Source of the DNA: Candidatus Omnitrophota bacterium | Lineage (GTDB): Bacteria; Omnitrophota; Gorgyraeia; Duberdicusellales; 4484-171 | Reading direction: 5' to 3' | Assembly: GCA_018818105.1 (NCBI GenBank) | Contig: JAHISK010000055.1 | Span: forward strand, 4,781 to 68,780 | Length of the DNA: 64,000 bases | Shown: piece after piece, positions 25,325-36,000 of the stretch | Layout: every line of letters starts with the position of its first letter | How positions within the stretch are numbered: position 1 is the first letter of the stretch | Notes under the pieces: model-generated | What the model saw: the letters and a program-made list of their open reading frames with translations, nothing else | Told to the model about the DNA's origin: nothing | Databases searched by the model: none | Translations under genes and position numbers: made by a program

Positions 25325-27397
25325 TTAATCTTTCTTACAGATTTGTGTATTTTCAACAAACGGGAATAACCCTAAGGAATAAGATGTGGTATTATCTAAA
25401 CTCGCTAAAGAAATCAGATAACTTACCTTAGCACGAATTAATGCCAATCGCTTACGTATATAATCCGCCCTAGCCTTAACTATTTCTGAAAGATTGGCTT
25501 TTCCTATTTTAAATGCTTCTTTTTTTAAATCTAAATTCACACTGCTAAATTTAGCCTCAAATAAAGCAACCTCATATTCATCATAAGACTGCTGATACTC
25601 TAAAAAACTTTTTCTAGTATCAAAAACTACTTCCTGTTTATTCCTAGATAAATTACTCAAATTTTGAGAGTACGCGATATCGGCTTCTTTTTTCTGCACA
25701 TAATACTGTAACTTATCCATAATACCTAATTTTGCCGAATACGTTGTTGACGCGACTTTTCGAGAAATCTCTGTTACGTCTTTAGAACTTATTCTTTCAT
25801 CAGAACTGGATACTTCAAAAGAATTACCGCCAAACAGCCATGTAACAACGCCCATCATCTTCCATTCTTCACCTAAATTTAAATCTTGCTCAGAAAAAGC
25901 CTCACCTGAAGCGCCATAAGAAGTAACAACATCAAACCGGGGCGCGCTTTCACTACTGGCAATATCTCTAGCGTATTTCGCTGATTCTAAACTTATTTCC
26001 CACAACTTAACATCAGGTTTATTTTCTAATGCTAGCTTTATACACCGGTCAACATCAATATCTATTTCCCCCAACAATGGGATTTCCTTCTCTATAAAAG
26101 CAATCTTTTCTTCCGGCGGTAAATTCATAGCCGCGCGCAACTTTGCTTTTGACAATATAAGTTCATTATTAGTTTGTCCTATCATGTTTAAGGTTCGTTT
26201 ATTTTCTGCTTCTATTTCCATAAACTCAATTCGGGAAATAGCTTTGACTTCATAAATATCTTTAGCTAAATTAAAATCACGGCTGATATTTTCTTTAAAA
26301 GAAGATAACTCTTCCAACTCTTCATTCTTTCCTAAAATATTAACATAAGACCTAACAACCTCTAATTTCAATTCCTGCAAAGTCTTTTTATATTCATTCT
26401 CCGCTACTTCAAGATTTAATTTTTCTTTACGAAAAGTTTTAGCGGTTTTACCTCGATCATAAAGATTATGTCTTAATTGAATAGCATAAGCCTGGCTTTC
26501 ATAAGGATCGGTTATAGTATTGCCTTCGGAAACACTATACTGCATTTCCATTTTTGGAAATAAATTTCTCCTAGATTCATTTATTTTCAAACGCGCTAAG
26601 CCCAACTGCTGCCGCGCTACTTTCGCGGGATCAGACTTATCTAACGCTTCCTTGAATAATCTTTCAGCTTCCGTAACTACTCCTCTTATTTTACCCTCCT
26701 CTCCTATAAATTCTCTACCCACAGAAGTTTCGGATAACATCATTTCTGGTTGTCCACTGGGTTTACTCTTCCCAACCTTTGCGCTGATATCTACCTTATG
26801 TTCTCCCGAATCTATCATAGATTGATCATTCATCTTGATATCGCTTTTACACCTCGCTTTCTCAATTTCATCATCTATTAGCTTCTTTCTTCTACTTTCG
26901 TCTTTCCCTTCTATCTCTATCTCCCCTGCCCCTATTCTCTCTTCTCCATCTCCTCTCCTATCTCCTATCTCCTGCTTGCCCTCCGTAGCCTTGGCGAAGG
27001 AGGGTCTTCGGTCTTCAGTCTGACATCCCACAACTTCTATAGGCAACCTCATTGTTAACTTAGTTCCTTGGGAAGCCGGCAACGGTGGATATGGTGATAA
27101 CGCTTTGACCAAATTCTTAGCTTCCCAATCAAAATCGGGTACGCCGGAACTGTTTACCACTCTGACTAAATATATCTTGCCGCTAGATAAAATGCTAACC
27201 TCTAAAACAGTACGTATTTTACCCGCGGGAATAGTTGAGTGAGGAAACTGACTATATTGGATATGATTAGCTATTCTTCGCGAAACCGTAGATACATAAT
27301 CAGTTACATCATCTTCGGCAAAAGATAACGACATACCGCCTAAAAAAACAAAACCAGTAACCGCCAGAACAATAAAAGCATTCTTTATTTTTTTCAT
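25325..27397 (-). CDS. TolC-family outer-membrane channel with N-terminal TonB/TolA C-terminal-like domain
   Basis: Signal peptide; VSILSSGKI..VRVVNSSGVPDFD..A...LSPYPPLP (TonB_C pattern); two OEP repeats. Confidence 0.85.
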   Translation of the reverse strand: MKKIKNAFIVLAVTGFVFLGGMSLSFAEDDVTDYVSTVSRRIANHIQYSQFPHSTIPAGKIRTVLEVSILSSGKIYLVRVVNSSGVPDFDWEAKNLVKALSPYPPLPASQGTKLTMRLPIEVVGCQTEDRRPSFAKATEGKQEIGDRRGDGEERIGAGEIEIEGKDESRRKKLIDDEIEKARCKSDIKMNDQSMIDSGEHKVDISAKVGKSKPSGQPEMMLSETSVGREFIGEEGKIRGVVTEAERLFKEALDKSDPAKVARQQLGLARLKINESRRNLFPKMEMQYSVSEGNTITDPYESQAYAIQLRHNLYDRGKTAKTFRKEKLNLEVAENEYKKTLQELKLEVVRSYVNILGKNEELEELSSFKENISRDFNLAKDIYEVKAISRIEFMEIEAENKRTLNMIGQTNNELILSKAKLRAAMNLPPEEKIAFIEKEIPLLGEIDIDVDRCIKLALENKPDVKLWEISLESAKYARDIASSESAPRFDVVTSYGASGEAFSEQDLNLGEEWKMMGVVTWLFGGNSFEVSSSDERISSKDVTEISRKVASTTYSAKLGIMDKLQYYVQKKEADIAYSQNLSNLSRNKQEVVFDTRKSFLEYQQSYDEYEVALFEAKFSSVNLDLKKEAFKIGKANLSEIVKARADYIRKRLALIRAKVSYLISLASLDNTTSYSLGLFPFVENTQICKKD
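26979..27005. repeat. Palindromic element encoding PSFAKATEG, in frame in the TolC linker
   Basis: ccctcc-gtagccttggcgaa-ggaggg hairpin flanked by heptamer repeats. Confidence 0.7.
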
Positions 27398-27453
27398 ATT
27401 ATAAATTTATTTTATCCAGATATCGCCCACATGTCAATCTCATCGACGTAAAA

Positions 27454-27913
27454 AGAAACCAGTAACCAGTTTACAGAAACCAGAAAATTGCCCAAATCAA
27501 CTATTTAATAAACCTCTCAGCATACTTGTAATTTCTCTAACAGCTAACCTTAACTCTAAATAACATTGTTCCTCTATCAAATTCTGTCTTTTTAAAACAT
27601 TAAGAACAGACGCACATTCTCTTGCAGAATCAGAAGAAATATCAAAATATCTATTCTTTTCTTTTTTAGATTTCTTACCATTTCCCTCTGCTATATTATT
27701 AGCAATAGATAATGCCGCTCTAATAAAATTATTACCAATAGAATATTTATAATCGATTTTTAATCGTTTATATATTTCAAATACTTTGTCTATAAAAACT
27801 AACGTCTTCTGATATACTTTTAAATTTTCAAAATCAAATCTAAACTCTTCCATTCCTATTTGCTCTCTCTTCTCTCTTGTTCTCTGGTTTCTGTACTCTG
27901 GTTTCTGGTTTCT
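27454..27913. repeat. Inverted AAACCAG heptamer arrays flanking four-helix-bundle gene 1
   Basis: agaaaccagtaaccagtttacagaaaccagaa (27454-27485) versus tctctggtttctgtactctggtttctggtttct (about 27881-27912). Confidence 0.85.
27497..27853 (-). CDS. Four-helix-bundle protein (23S rRNA IVP / TIGR02436-like)
   Basis: FENLKVYQK...RAALSIANNIAEG...S.SARE. Confidence 0.92.
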   Translation of the reverse strand: MEEFRFDFENLKVYQKTLVFIDKVFEIYKRLKIDYKYSIGNNFIRAALSIANNIAEGNGKKSKKEKNRYFDISSDSARECASVLNVLKRQNLIEEQCYLELRLAVREITSMLRGLLNS

Positions 27914-29088
27914 AATAAAAAATATCTCCCCGGCCCAGAAGGGCCATGCGGCATTATAAATCCTTTATCCTGCATTTCCTTTAAATCACGCGCCGCTGTT
28001 GGAGTAGAAACATCAAATTTATCAGAATACTCTTTTCTTGTAATTTTTTGATTTTCTTTTAAATATTCTAATGTTTTTCTTTGTCGGTCATTTAAATCTA
28101 AGATTCGCGTAGCCTCATTTTTACTAACTTCAGCCACCGGAGATTTTTCTTCTAGCACAGGTTCATTTACTGATTCCTTACTCTGAAGTTGTTTTCTTAA
28201 AGATTCTATTTCCCTATTTAAATCCTCAATCTTTTTTGACAATTCTTCATTTTTTTTAATCATTTCCTCATCTACCGACTCTTGGATAGGTTGCTCTTCT
28301 CTTTCTTTAATCTGCCGCTGTAATTCATCATTTCTACCCACAGCTTCCTTTAACTTAGCCGCTACTTGCTCAAGCTTTACCGCCTGTTCCTTTATTTTCT
28401 GTTTGCTCTGCTCCGGATCCGGCGCTTGCGCTGCCTGAGCTTGGTAATCTTTAATTTTTTCGTCTTTATTTTTTAACTCTTCTCTTACTTTATCCAGCTG
28501 ACTCTGGCTTTCCTGAATTTTTGCCTGCATTAAGTCCTCTTTCTTAATAAGTAACTCTTTTTCTTCTTTTAATTTCGCTGACGCGATCTGCGCTTCTTTC
28601 GTTCTTATCTCTAACTCGCTCAATGCTTTACGTAACTCTTCCTCTTTAGTTTTTAACTTGTCGACGGTAGTTTTAAGCTCAGTTTGTAGAGAACCTAATT
28701 TAGAATCAAATCCTGCTTTATTAGCGTCTATTTTATTTAATTGATCCTGAAGCTGGATAACTTTAGCTTCATGAGAATTCTTCTCAACTGTTACATCCTG
28801 AAGTTGATTCCTTAAATTATCTACATTCAAATTAGCATCGTTACATGCTTGATCTTTTTCCTGTAGCTGCTTCTTTAGTATTTCTAATTCCTCGGATAAA
28901 GAATTTATTTGCTCTCCAGCCGCTGATTCCTGTTCATTATAAGATTCTTTCGTTTCTTCTCGAGCATGTTTTATATTATCTTCCCGCGAAGACTCCCTTT
29001 CCTCAGCAGATTTCTCTTCGGGGAAAAAAATATAGTACAACATAACAATCGCGCCCGCCCCAACTAATAATACAAGAATAAAAAACAA
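27856..29088 (-). CDS. Membrane-anchored long coiled-coil protein with C-terminal winged HTH
   Basis: N-terminal TM, about 280 aa of heptads, LNDRQRKTLEYL...ITRKEY...VSTPTAARDLKEM. Confidence 0.85.
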   Translation of the reverse strand: MFFILVLLVGAGAIVMLYYIFFPEEKSAEERESSREDNIKHAREETKESYNEQESAAGEQINSLSEELEILKKQLQEKDQACNDANLNVDNLRNQLQDVTVEKNSHEAKVIQLQDQLNKIDANKAGFDSKLGSLQTELKTTVDKLKTKEEELRKALSELEIRTKEAQIASAKLKEEKELLIKKEDLMQAKIQESQSQLDKVREELKNKDEKIKDYQAQAAQAPDPEQSKQKIKEQAVKLEQVAAKLKEAVGRNDELQRQIKEREEQPIQESVDEEMIKKNEELSKKIEDLNREIESLRKQLQSKESVNEPVLEEKSPVAEVSKNEATRILDLNDRQRKTLEYLKENQKITRKEYSDKFDVSTPTAARDLKEMQDKGFIMPHGPSGPGRYFLLETRNQSTETREQERRESK

Positions 29089-29111
29089 AATATTTTTCCT
29101 TTTCTTTTTAT

Positions 29112-29208
29112 AGAAACCAGTAACCAGTTTACAGAAACCAGAATTAAATTTTTATTAATTTCCTCTGGTTATTCTTTCTTCTTTTACATTCTCTGGTTTC
29201 TGGTTACT
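29112..29208. repeat. Empty copy of the AAACCAG inverted heptamer element
   Basis: 32 bp identical to 27454-27485; inverted arm at 29163-29208; no gene inside. Confidence 0.8.
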
Positions 29209-29274
29209 TAACTACATTCTACCCAACAACTTACACCTTATCAATCAAAAAATATATTTTATTATTATTTTTAA

Positions 29275-32200
29275 TCAAAGAGATCGAGGCTTAATGAAAG
29301 AAAATATCTTTTTTATATCCTCTGCCATCATATAAATAGATGGAATAATAAAAAGCGTTAAAAAAGTAGAAGTTATCATACCCCCTACAACTGTTACTGC
29401 CAACGGCCGCCAAAGAGAAGAAGTTCCTCCTCTTTGAAAAATTAACGGAATCATTGTTAAAATGGTAGTTAAACTTGTCATAAGAATCGGGCGCAGCCGC
29501 CAAACGACTGCCTTAATTATAGATTCTCGCGCTCCAAAAAAACTATTATTTTTTAAACCTTTATACGCGCCTACGCCGCGCAGCCGGTTAATATAATCTA
29601 TCAGAATAATAGCATTGTTTACTACTATCCCTATAAGAATAACCGAGCCTATATATACGCCTAAACCTATAGGTTCTCCTGATAAACGCAACCCTATTCC
29701 TACCCCAATTATAGCCATGGGCACAGAACTTAACACAATAAATGGTTGAGTATATGATTCAAACACAGAAGCTAATACAAGATATACTAAAAATAGCGCT
29801 AAAAACATCGCCTGAGTTAACTCTCGTTGATTACGTATCATTTTATCGTAATCACCGCCAAAACTATAATGATAATCTTTAGGAAAATCCATTCCGGCAA
29901 GCGCCTCATTTACTAAATCAGCGGATTCACTCAATGACAGCTTACCTGAATCAGCGCTTACCTGAACCATTCTTTCTTTATTTTTACGCCAAATTTCCGC
30001 GGGACCAACGCCAGATTTCACCTCAGCTATCTGCTGTAAATATACCATAGTATTATCCTTTCCTCTCAATGAAAGGTTATAAATATCAGTTAACGTGTCT
30101 CTAAACCCTTTTTCCAACCGCGCTATAGTTTCAATTTGACGCGTCCCTTCGCCTTCAAAGCTGCCAATTCCTCCCATCGCCGCGGAAAGTTTTTTAGTCT
30201 CCTGATGAACTAACTCGTTTCCGTAATTTTTTATCGTGGGTAAATTCTTAACTTCCGAACTCTGCGTCTTAAGCATTACTCCTTCGGCGGATGAAGCATG
30301 AAACCGTGTAGCAATCAACCCACGCAATTTAGCGTGCAAAATATTAGAAACATCCAGCATTGTAAGACCGTATAAAGCTAATTTATTTCTATCAAACAAA
30401 ATATGAACTTCCGGCCGGCCGCTGCGCATCCTTAACTTAACATCATTAAACTTACCCGTACTCTGAATTAATCCTCCTATTTGCTGGGCTAAACTTTTCA
30501 GCAATTCATAATCCGGGCCAAAAACTTCAACCATTATTTCCTTTCTACCAACAGATTCCGGCTGCTGCGCGTATACAAACGCCGGGTCCATATCTTTTGT
30601 TTTCTGTCGTATCTCTTCAATAATCTCATCAACCCCGCGCTTAGAGGAAGAAGGTTTTAACTCAACATAAATTTGTGAAGACCACCCTTTAATTCTTGAA
30701 GTGTGATTTTTTATTTCCGGGATACTATCTAAAATCGCCTCAACTTTCGTTACTACATCGTCGGAAATCTCTATCTTTGTACCTGACGGCATCTGAACGT
30801 ACACAGTAAACCTACTCTGTTCGGCTATCCCTATAAACTCACGTCCCAACCGAGACATCTGAATAAATACTATTATTAGTAAAATAACTGTTCCCGCGAT
30901 AAATAGATATCTTTTTCCTAACACAAAATTTATGCATTTCTTATATCCTCCTACTAAATCATTAAAACGATATCGTTCTATAATTTTGTAAATTTTGTGA
31001 AACCAAATTTTACTGTTTTTTCTCTCATCATTATTAGGTTCAATGACTTGTAATAATTCTTTATCCTCTCTTTTATTTTTTCTTCCCAAATTACCCTTCT
31101 TTGTTGATATTCGAGAAGCCAACAAAGGAACCAGTGTAAAAGAAAAAAATAAAGACGCGAATAACGAGAACACTACCGTTAACGCCAACCCACTGTACAA
31201 ACGTTTAATTTCTTTATTCACAAAAAATAAAGGTAAAAACACAACAATAGTTGTAAGCGTTGAAGCGGCTATCGCGATTAATACTTCGCTGGAACCTTCT
31301 TCAGCGGTTGTTTTTAAATCCTCTGATTCGCTCTGTTTATCAGCTTCCCTTAATTCCTCTCTTTTTTTAAAAATGTTCTCAAGAACAACAATGGAACTAT
31401 CCACTAATATTCCTATCCCTAAAGCTATTCCGCTTAAAGTAACAACATTAATACTAATTCCGCTAAGATACATTAAAGAAAAGGCCGTTATTACTGAAAA
31501 AGGAATAGTTAAAGCGACGACTAAAGTATATTTGAAGTTACGTAAAAAAAGCCATAGCACAATCATCGTTAAAAACGCGCCGATATATAAAGCGTGACGC
31601 ACGGTCGTAATTGCCTGTTTAATGTAATCAGCATGATTAAAATATGGGCGCGTATTTACATCTTGGGGCAAACTTTTCTTCAATTTAGCTAACTCTTTTT
31701 CTACTTCTTCAACAACTTTAATAGTGTTGGCTCCCGACGCTTTTTGAATATACAATGATACTGACGGTTCAGAATTCACTCTTGCCAAAGCATGAGGATC
31801 TAAATAAGAAACACTCACCTTAGCCAAATCTCTTATTCTAACCATATGAGCTTCCCCGCCGGGATTAATTGGCAAATCTTTTATGTCATCTAAAGAAACA
31901 AACTGTCCTACAGTTCTTACTAAATATGTTGTTGAACCGCGTTTTACGTCTCCCGCGACTAAATTCAAATTATTTACGTTTAGCGCCTGGATAACATCAT
32001 CTATGGTAATTCCGTGAGACCGTAACGCGACTTCGTTTAACTCAACAAAAATTTTCTCTTCCCTTCCTCCACCAACCTCAACTTTCGCCACGCCCTCAAT
32101 ACGAGAAAAACGGCTTTTCATTTTGCTTTCGGCTAACCGACGCAACTCCTCAACCGTTCTTATAGGACTGGTTACACCCAAAATAACTACCGGTACCTGT

Positions 32201-32604
32201 GAATACTCATATTTAGCTATAACGGGGCGCTCAACTTCTTTAGGCAAACTCTCCTGCACCTGAGAAAAATGCTCCCTTACTTCTACTACCGCGTAATCTA
32301 AATTAATTTCCGGTTTAAAATAAAGGATAATTCGGCACTCGCCTTCTTCTGAAATTGTAATAATATCTTCTAACCCATCGATAACTGATAACGCGTCTTC
32401 TAAAGGCTTTGCTATTCTATCCTCTACTTCCTGAGGGCTAACCCCTCCTCTAATACGTAAATCAACAGAGATATTTCCAATTTCTACATTAGGTTTCAAT
32501 TCTACCGGCAGGCGAAAAAGAGCAAAGAGCCCTAAAAGAAGAAAAATCAAAAACACCATGGAAATGGCAATTGGTCTACGTATAGATAATTTAGGTAGAT
32601 TCAT
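29275..32604 (-). CDS. RND (AcrB/HAE1 family) transporter, subunit 2
   Basis: SIRRPIA, GILVDSSIVVLENI, GIVVNNAIILID, RLRPILMT. Confidence 0.95.
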   Translation of the reverse strand: MNLPKLSIRRPIAISMVFLIFLLLGLFALFRLPVELKPNVEIGNISVDLRIRGGVSPQEVEDRIAKPLEDALSVIDGLEDIITISEEGECRIILYFKPEINLDYAVVEVREHFSQVQESLPKEVERPVIAKYEYSQVPVVILGVTSPIRTVEELRRLAESKMKSRFSRIEGVAKVEVGGGREEKIFVELNEVALRSHGITIDDVIQALNVNNLNLVAGDVKRGSTTYLVRTVGQFVSLDDIKDLPINPGGEAHMVRIRDLAKVSVSYLDPHALARVNSEPSVSLYIQKASGANTIKVVEEVEKELAKLKKSLPQDVNTRPYFNHADYIKQAITTVRHALYIGAFLTMIVLWLFLRNFKYTLVVALTIPFSVITAFSLMYLSGISINVVTLSGIALGIGILVDSSIVVLENIFKKREELREADKQSESEDLKTTAEEGSSEVLIAIAASTLTTIVVFLPLFFVNKEIKRLYSGLALTVVFSLFASLFFSFTLVPLLASRISTKKGNLGRKNKREDKELLQVIEPNNDERKNSKIWFHKIYKIIERYRFNDLVGGYKKCINFVLGKRYLFIAGTVILLIIVFIQMSRLGREFIGIAEQSRFTVYVQMPSGTKIEISDDVVTKVEAILDSIPEIKNHTSRIKGWSSQIYVELKPSSSKRGVDEIIEEIRQKTKDMDPAFVYAQQPESVGRKEIMVEVFGPDYELLKSLAQQIGGLIQSTGKFNDVKLRMRSGRPEVHILFDRNKLALYGLTMLDVSNILHAKLRGLIATRFHASSAEGVMLKTQSSEVKNLPTIKNYGNELVHQETKKLSAAMGGIGSFEGEGTRQIETIARLEKGFRDTLTDIYNLSLRGKDNTMVYLQQIAEVKSGVGPAEIWRKNKERMVQVSADSGKLSLSESADLVNEALAGMDFPKDYHYSFGGDYDKMIRNQRELTQAMFLALFLVYLVLASVFESYTQPFIVLSSVPMAIIGVGIGLRLSGEPIGLGVYIGSVILIGIVVNNAIILIDYINRLRGVGAYKGLKNNSFFGARESIIKAVVWRLRPILMTSLTTILTMIPLIFQRGGTSSLWRPLAVTVVGGMITSTFLTLFIIPSIYMMAEDIKKIFSFIKPRSL

Positions 32605-32613
32605 AATTATTTA

Positions 32614-33086
32614 AAAGGGTCAAGGGGCAGGGGGCAAGGGGCAAGAAAAATTTAAGATTTCAAAGACTTAATTAACCCCTTTAATAACCGGCCTACTTCT
32701 TGACGTCTATCATTAATCATTTTGTATATTTCAATATTTATATAACCTAAATCTTTAGAAAATAAAAAATACGTTTCCACTTCACCTAATGACCCTTTTG
32801 CTATCATCAAAAACTGAATATATTCTTTACGATACTGCCTTTCATACCCCTCTGCTATATTAGCAACAACCGATATAGCGGCCCTTCTCAATTGAGAAAC
32901 TAAACCATACTGTTCACTCCTAGGATAATCACGCGTAATTTTATATACTTCTAACGCCAATTCATATGCTTTCTTCCATACAATTAACTTCTTAAAACCC
33001 TTCTCCATTTCTTTCTCTCTATATTTTTCTCTCTTAACCATCTCTATATTCTTCTTCCTTGACCCTTGCCCCCTGACCCTTGCCCC
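32614..33086. repeat. Inverted AAGGGGC heptamer arrays flanking four-helix-bundle gene 2
   Basis: aagggtcaaggggcagggggcaaggggc (32614-32642) versus ccttgacccttgccccctgacccttgcccc (33057-33086). Confidence 0.85.
32652..33041 (-). CDS. Four-helix-bundle protein (23S rRNA IVP / TIGR02436-like)
   Basis: FKKLIVWKKA...EQYGLVSQLRRAAISVVANIAEG...AKGSLGE. Confidence 0.95.
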   Translation of the reverse strand: MVKREKYREKEMEKGFKKLIVWKKAYELALEVYKITRDYPRSEQYGLVSQLRRAAISVVANIAEGYERQYRKEYIQFLMIAKGSLGEVETYFLFSKDLGYINIEIYKMINDRRQEVGRLLKGLIKSLKS

Positions 33087-36000
33087 TATTTATAAATGCT
33101 GTAACAGAATCATACAGCACAGGGACGAACAAAAGCGTTAGGAACGTGGACGAAAGCAAACCTCCAATTACAGTAATAGCCATAGGAGCCCGTAATTCAG
33201 AACCTTCACCAATACCTATAGCAAGAGGTATCATTCCTAAGACAGTGGTGAAAGTCGTCATAAGAATAGGACGTAGCCGATGCTGACTGGCTTCTAAAAT
33301 AACTTCTTTTAAAGGCAAATTCTTTTTCTTTAAATGGTTCATATAATCCACTAAAACTATCCCGTTATTTACAACAATCCCGCCCAACATAATAGCGCCC
33401 AAAAGAGCGACTACATTCAAAGAAGTAGAAGTTAACTTCAACGCGACGCTTATGCCTATAAGAGAAAGAGGAACTGTAAACATAATAATAAACGGCTGCC
33501 ATAACGACTCAAATTGCGCCGCCATAATCATATAAATTAAAAGAATCGCTAATAAAAAAGCAAACTTCATGCTGTTAAATGATTCCCGCATACGAACGCT
33601 CTCACCAGAAAGGCCTACGTTATATCCTAACGGAATATTTAATTTCTCTACTATACCGGTTAACTGCGTATTAATTTCGCTAACACTGCGTCCATATAAA
33701 TTAGCATTAACAGATATTGTACGGCGCTGGTCTATCCGTTTAATTTCTGTGGGGCCTCTGCCTTTCGCAAGACGGGCAACCTGATAAAGAGGAACCATAA
33801 CATTCCTATACGCCGTCCTAATACCTAAAGATCTGATTCGGGATAAATTCTTTCTATCTTCTTCCTGCAAACGTACTCTAATATCTATAGGATGCGTTAC
33901 ATCCTCCTTAAACTTAGTAAAAACTCTTCCCTTAATGGCAGTATGCGCGGTTAACGCGATATCCTGAGTAGATAAACCTAACAAAGAAGCTTGGTCTTTA
34001 AGTATATATATTTTTGTTTCGGGAGAAGAAGGGACCCTATCATCTTCTATACTATAAACGCCTTTTATCGAAGATAGTTCTTTTTTTATCTGATCAGCTA
34101 CATCGCCCATCTGTAAAAGGTTCTCCCCTTTTATTTCAATTTGAATAGGTTTATCCTCAAACGCTTCCTTCAAAACACTTTCCTGCAAAACATACTCTAA
34201 CTGAGCGCCGATTAAATGTTTTTCTTTCATAATATCCCGCAAACGTTGAATAACGTCTTGCGTGGAAAACAACGAAACAGCTTCCTTTTCCTTTAATTCT
34301 TTATAGGAATACAGCTTCACCATAATTTCGCCCTCATAAGAAGCCAAAGTTTGCACCGCTTTTTCCGTGGGGTTATCTTTATCCGAACCTACTTTTATAC
34401 TAACATCTTTAACTTCTTTTATTTCATTGAGAAGAACTTCCTCCACCATACGCACAGCGTTATCAGTAACTTCTAAACTTGTTCCCGGCTCCATGGTAAG
34501 TTTTATTATAAACTGCCGCTGATCAAGCCGAGGCAAAAATTCGCTGGGCACAGTTTTTAAAATCACCAAGCTTAAAAGAAATAATCCTATAACAACAAAT
34601 ACAAGAATCGCTTTATTATCTAAAGTTTTTGATAAAAGACGGCGGTATAAATTATCAATTCCATTAAAAAGGAGATCAACTTTTGCTTGGCCGTCTTTGC
34701 TTTCTTTAATTCCACCGCCTAAAGAAGAAAGCATCGGCACCAACATCAACGCTATCAATAACGACGAAACCAAAGAAAAGGTTACCGTAAACGCCAATTG
34801 CTTAAAAAGCTGTCCGGCTATACCGGAAAGAAACATCATCGGAAAAAATACGCACACTGTTGTGAGAGTGGAAGAGATAATTGCTCCTTTCATCTGAAAA
34901 GACGCCTGAGACACAAGCGATAACGCTTCTTGCTTTGAGAGTTTTTTGTCCTGTTTTGATCTTTCCTGCTGCCGGCGAAAAATATTTTCAAGAACAACAA
35001 TAGAGTTATCCACTAACATTCCTACTCCTAATGCCAACCCTCCTAAAGAAATCATGTTCAAAGAAATATTCCTGGAAAACATCAATATAAACACACCCAT
35101 AATTGATATAGGAATAGCTGTAGCAATAATTAAAGAAATCTTAAGGTTCCTTAAAAAAACGAGTAAAACTAGAAAAGCCAAAACCCCGCCGCCTATGGCA
35201 GCGTTCCTAACTCCTTTTATCGAATTCGCGACATACACCGACTCATCATAAGCAATATCCAACTTTACGTCTAAAGATGGATTTTTATTCATTCGATACA
35301 CTTCTTCTTTAACCCTCTCACAAACGTCTATTACATTAGCGCCAGACTGTCTCTTAATTGAAATAGATATGTTTTCAACACCATTATGGCGGGAAATACT
35401 TTCTTTTTCTTTAGCTACATTTTTTACCTGAGCGATATCACTTAGCCGAACTAACCGGGCAGTTTTCTCCTGAAGCTCATCCTTAATGCCAAGTTGGCGT
35501 TCTCTCTGCTCTTCTTCAGTTTCAGGAACATCCACTAAAACTGTTAACTCACTGATTTCATCTAACGTCTCAAACTCACCTATTGTTCTGACCAAATGCT
35601 CATAAAAACTTCCCTTTATCGACCCCGCGGGATAATTAATATTTGATTTTTTTATTACCGAGCCTAAATCCAACAAAGAAAGGCCTGAAGCCTGTAGCCG
35701 TGACTGATCAACCTCTATTAGAATCTCCCGCCCAACTCCTCCTGTAATAACCGCGGCGGCAACACCTTTTAACTTTTCTAAATCATCTTTCATTTGCCGC
35801 TCACAAACTTCCCTCAATTCTAACAAAGACTCTTTTCCCGTCACGCTTAACACAATAACCGGTTTCTCAAAGGGATTATACTTCATAACAATCGGTTCAC
35901 CGCAATCCCTCGGAAGGCGTTCCTTAACTAAATCTATTTTTTCACGCACCTCCAAAGCGGCTAAATCCATGTTCGTTCCCCAGTCAAAACGCACCATTAC

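Noticed and set aside
27497-33041. Diversity-generating retroelement or 23S rRNA intervening sequence
   Set aside because: The four-helix-bundle genes resemble Avd/IVP, but I saw no reverse transcriptase, TR/VR pair or rRNA in the window
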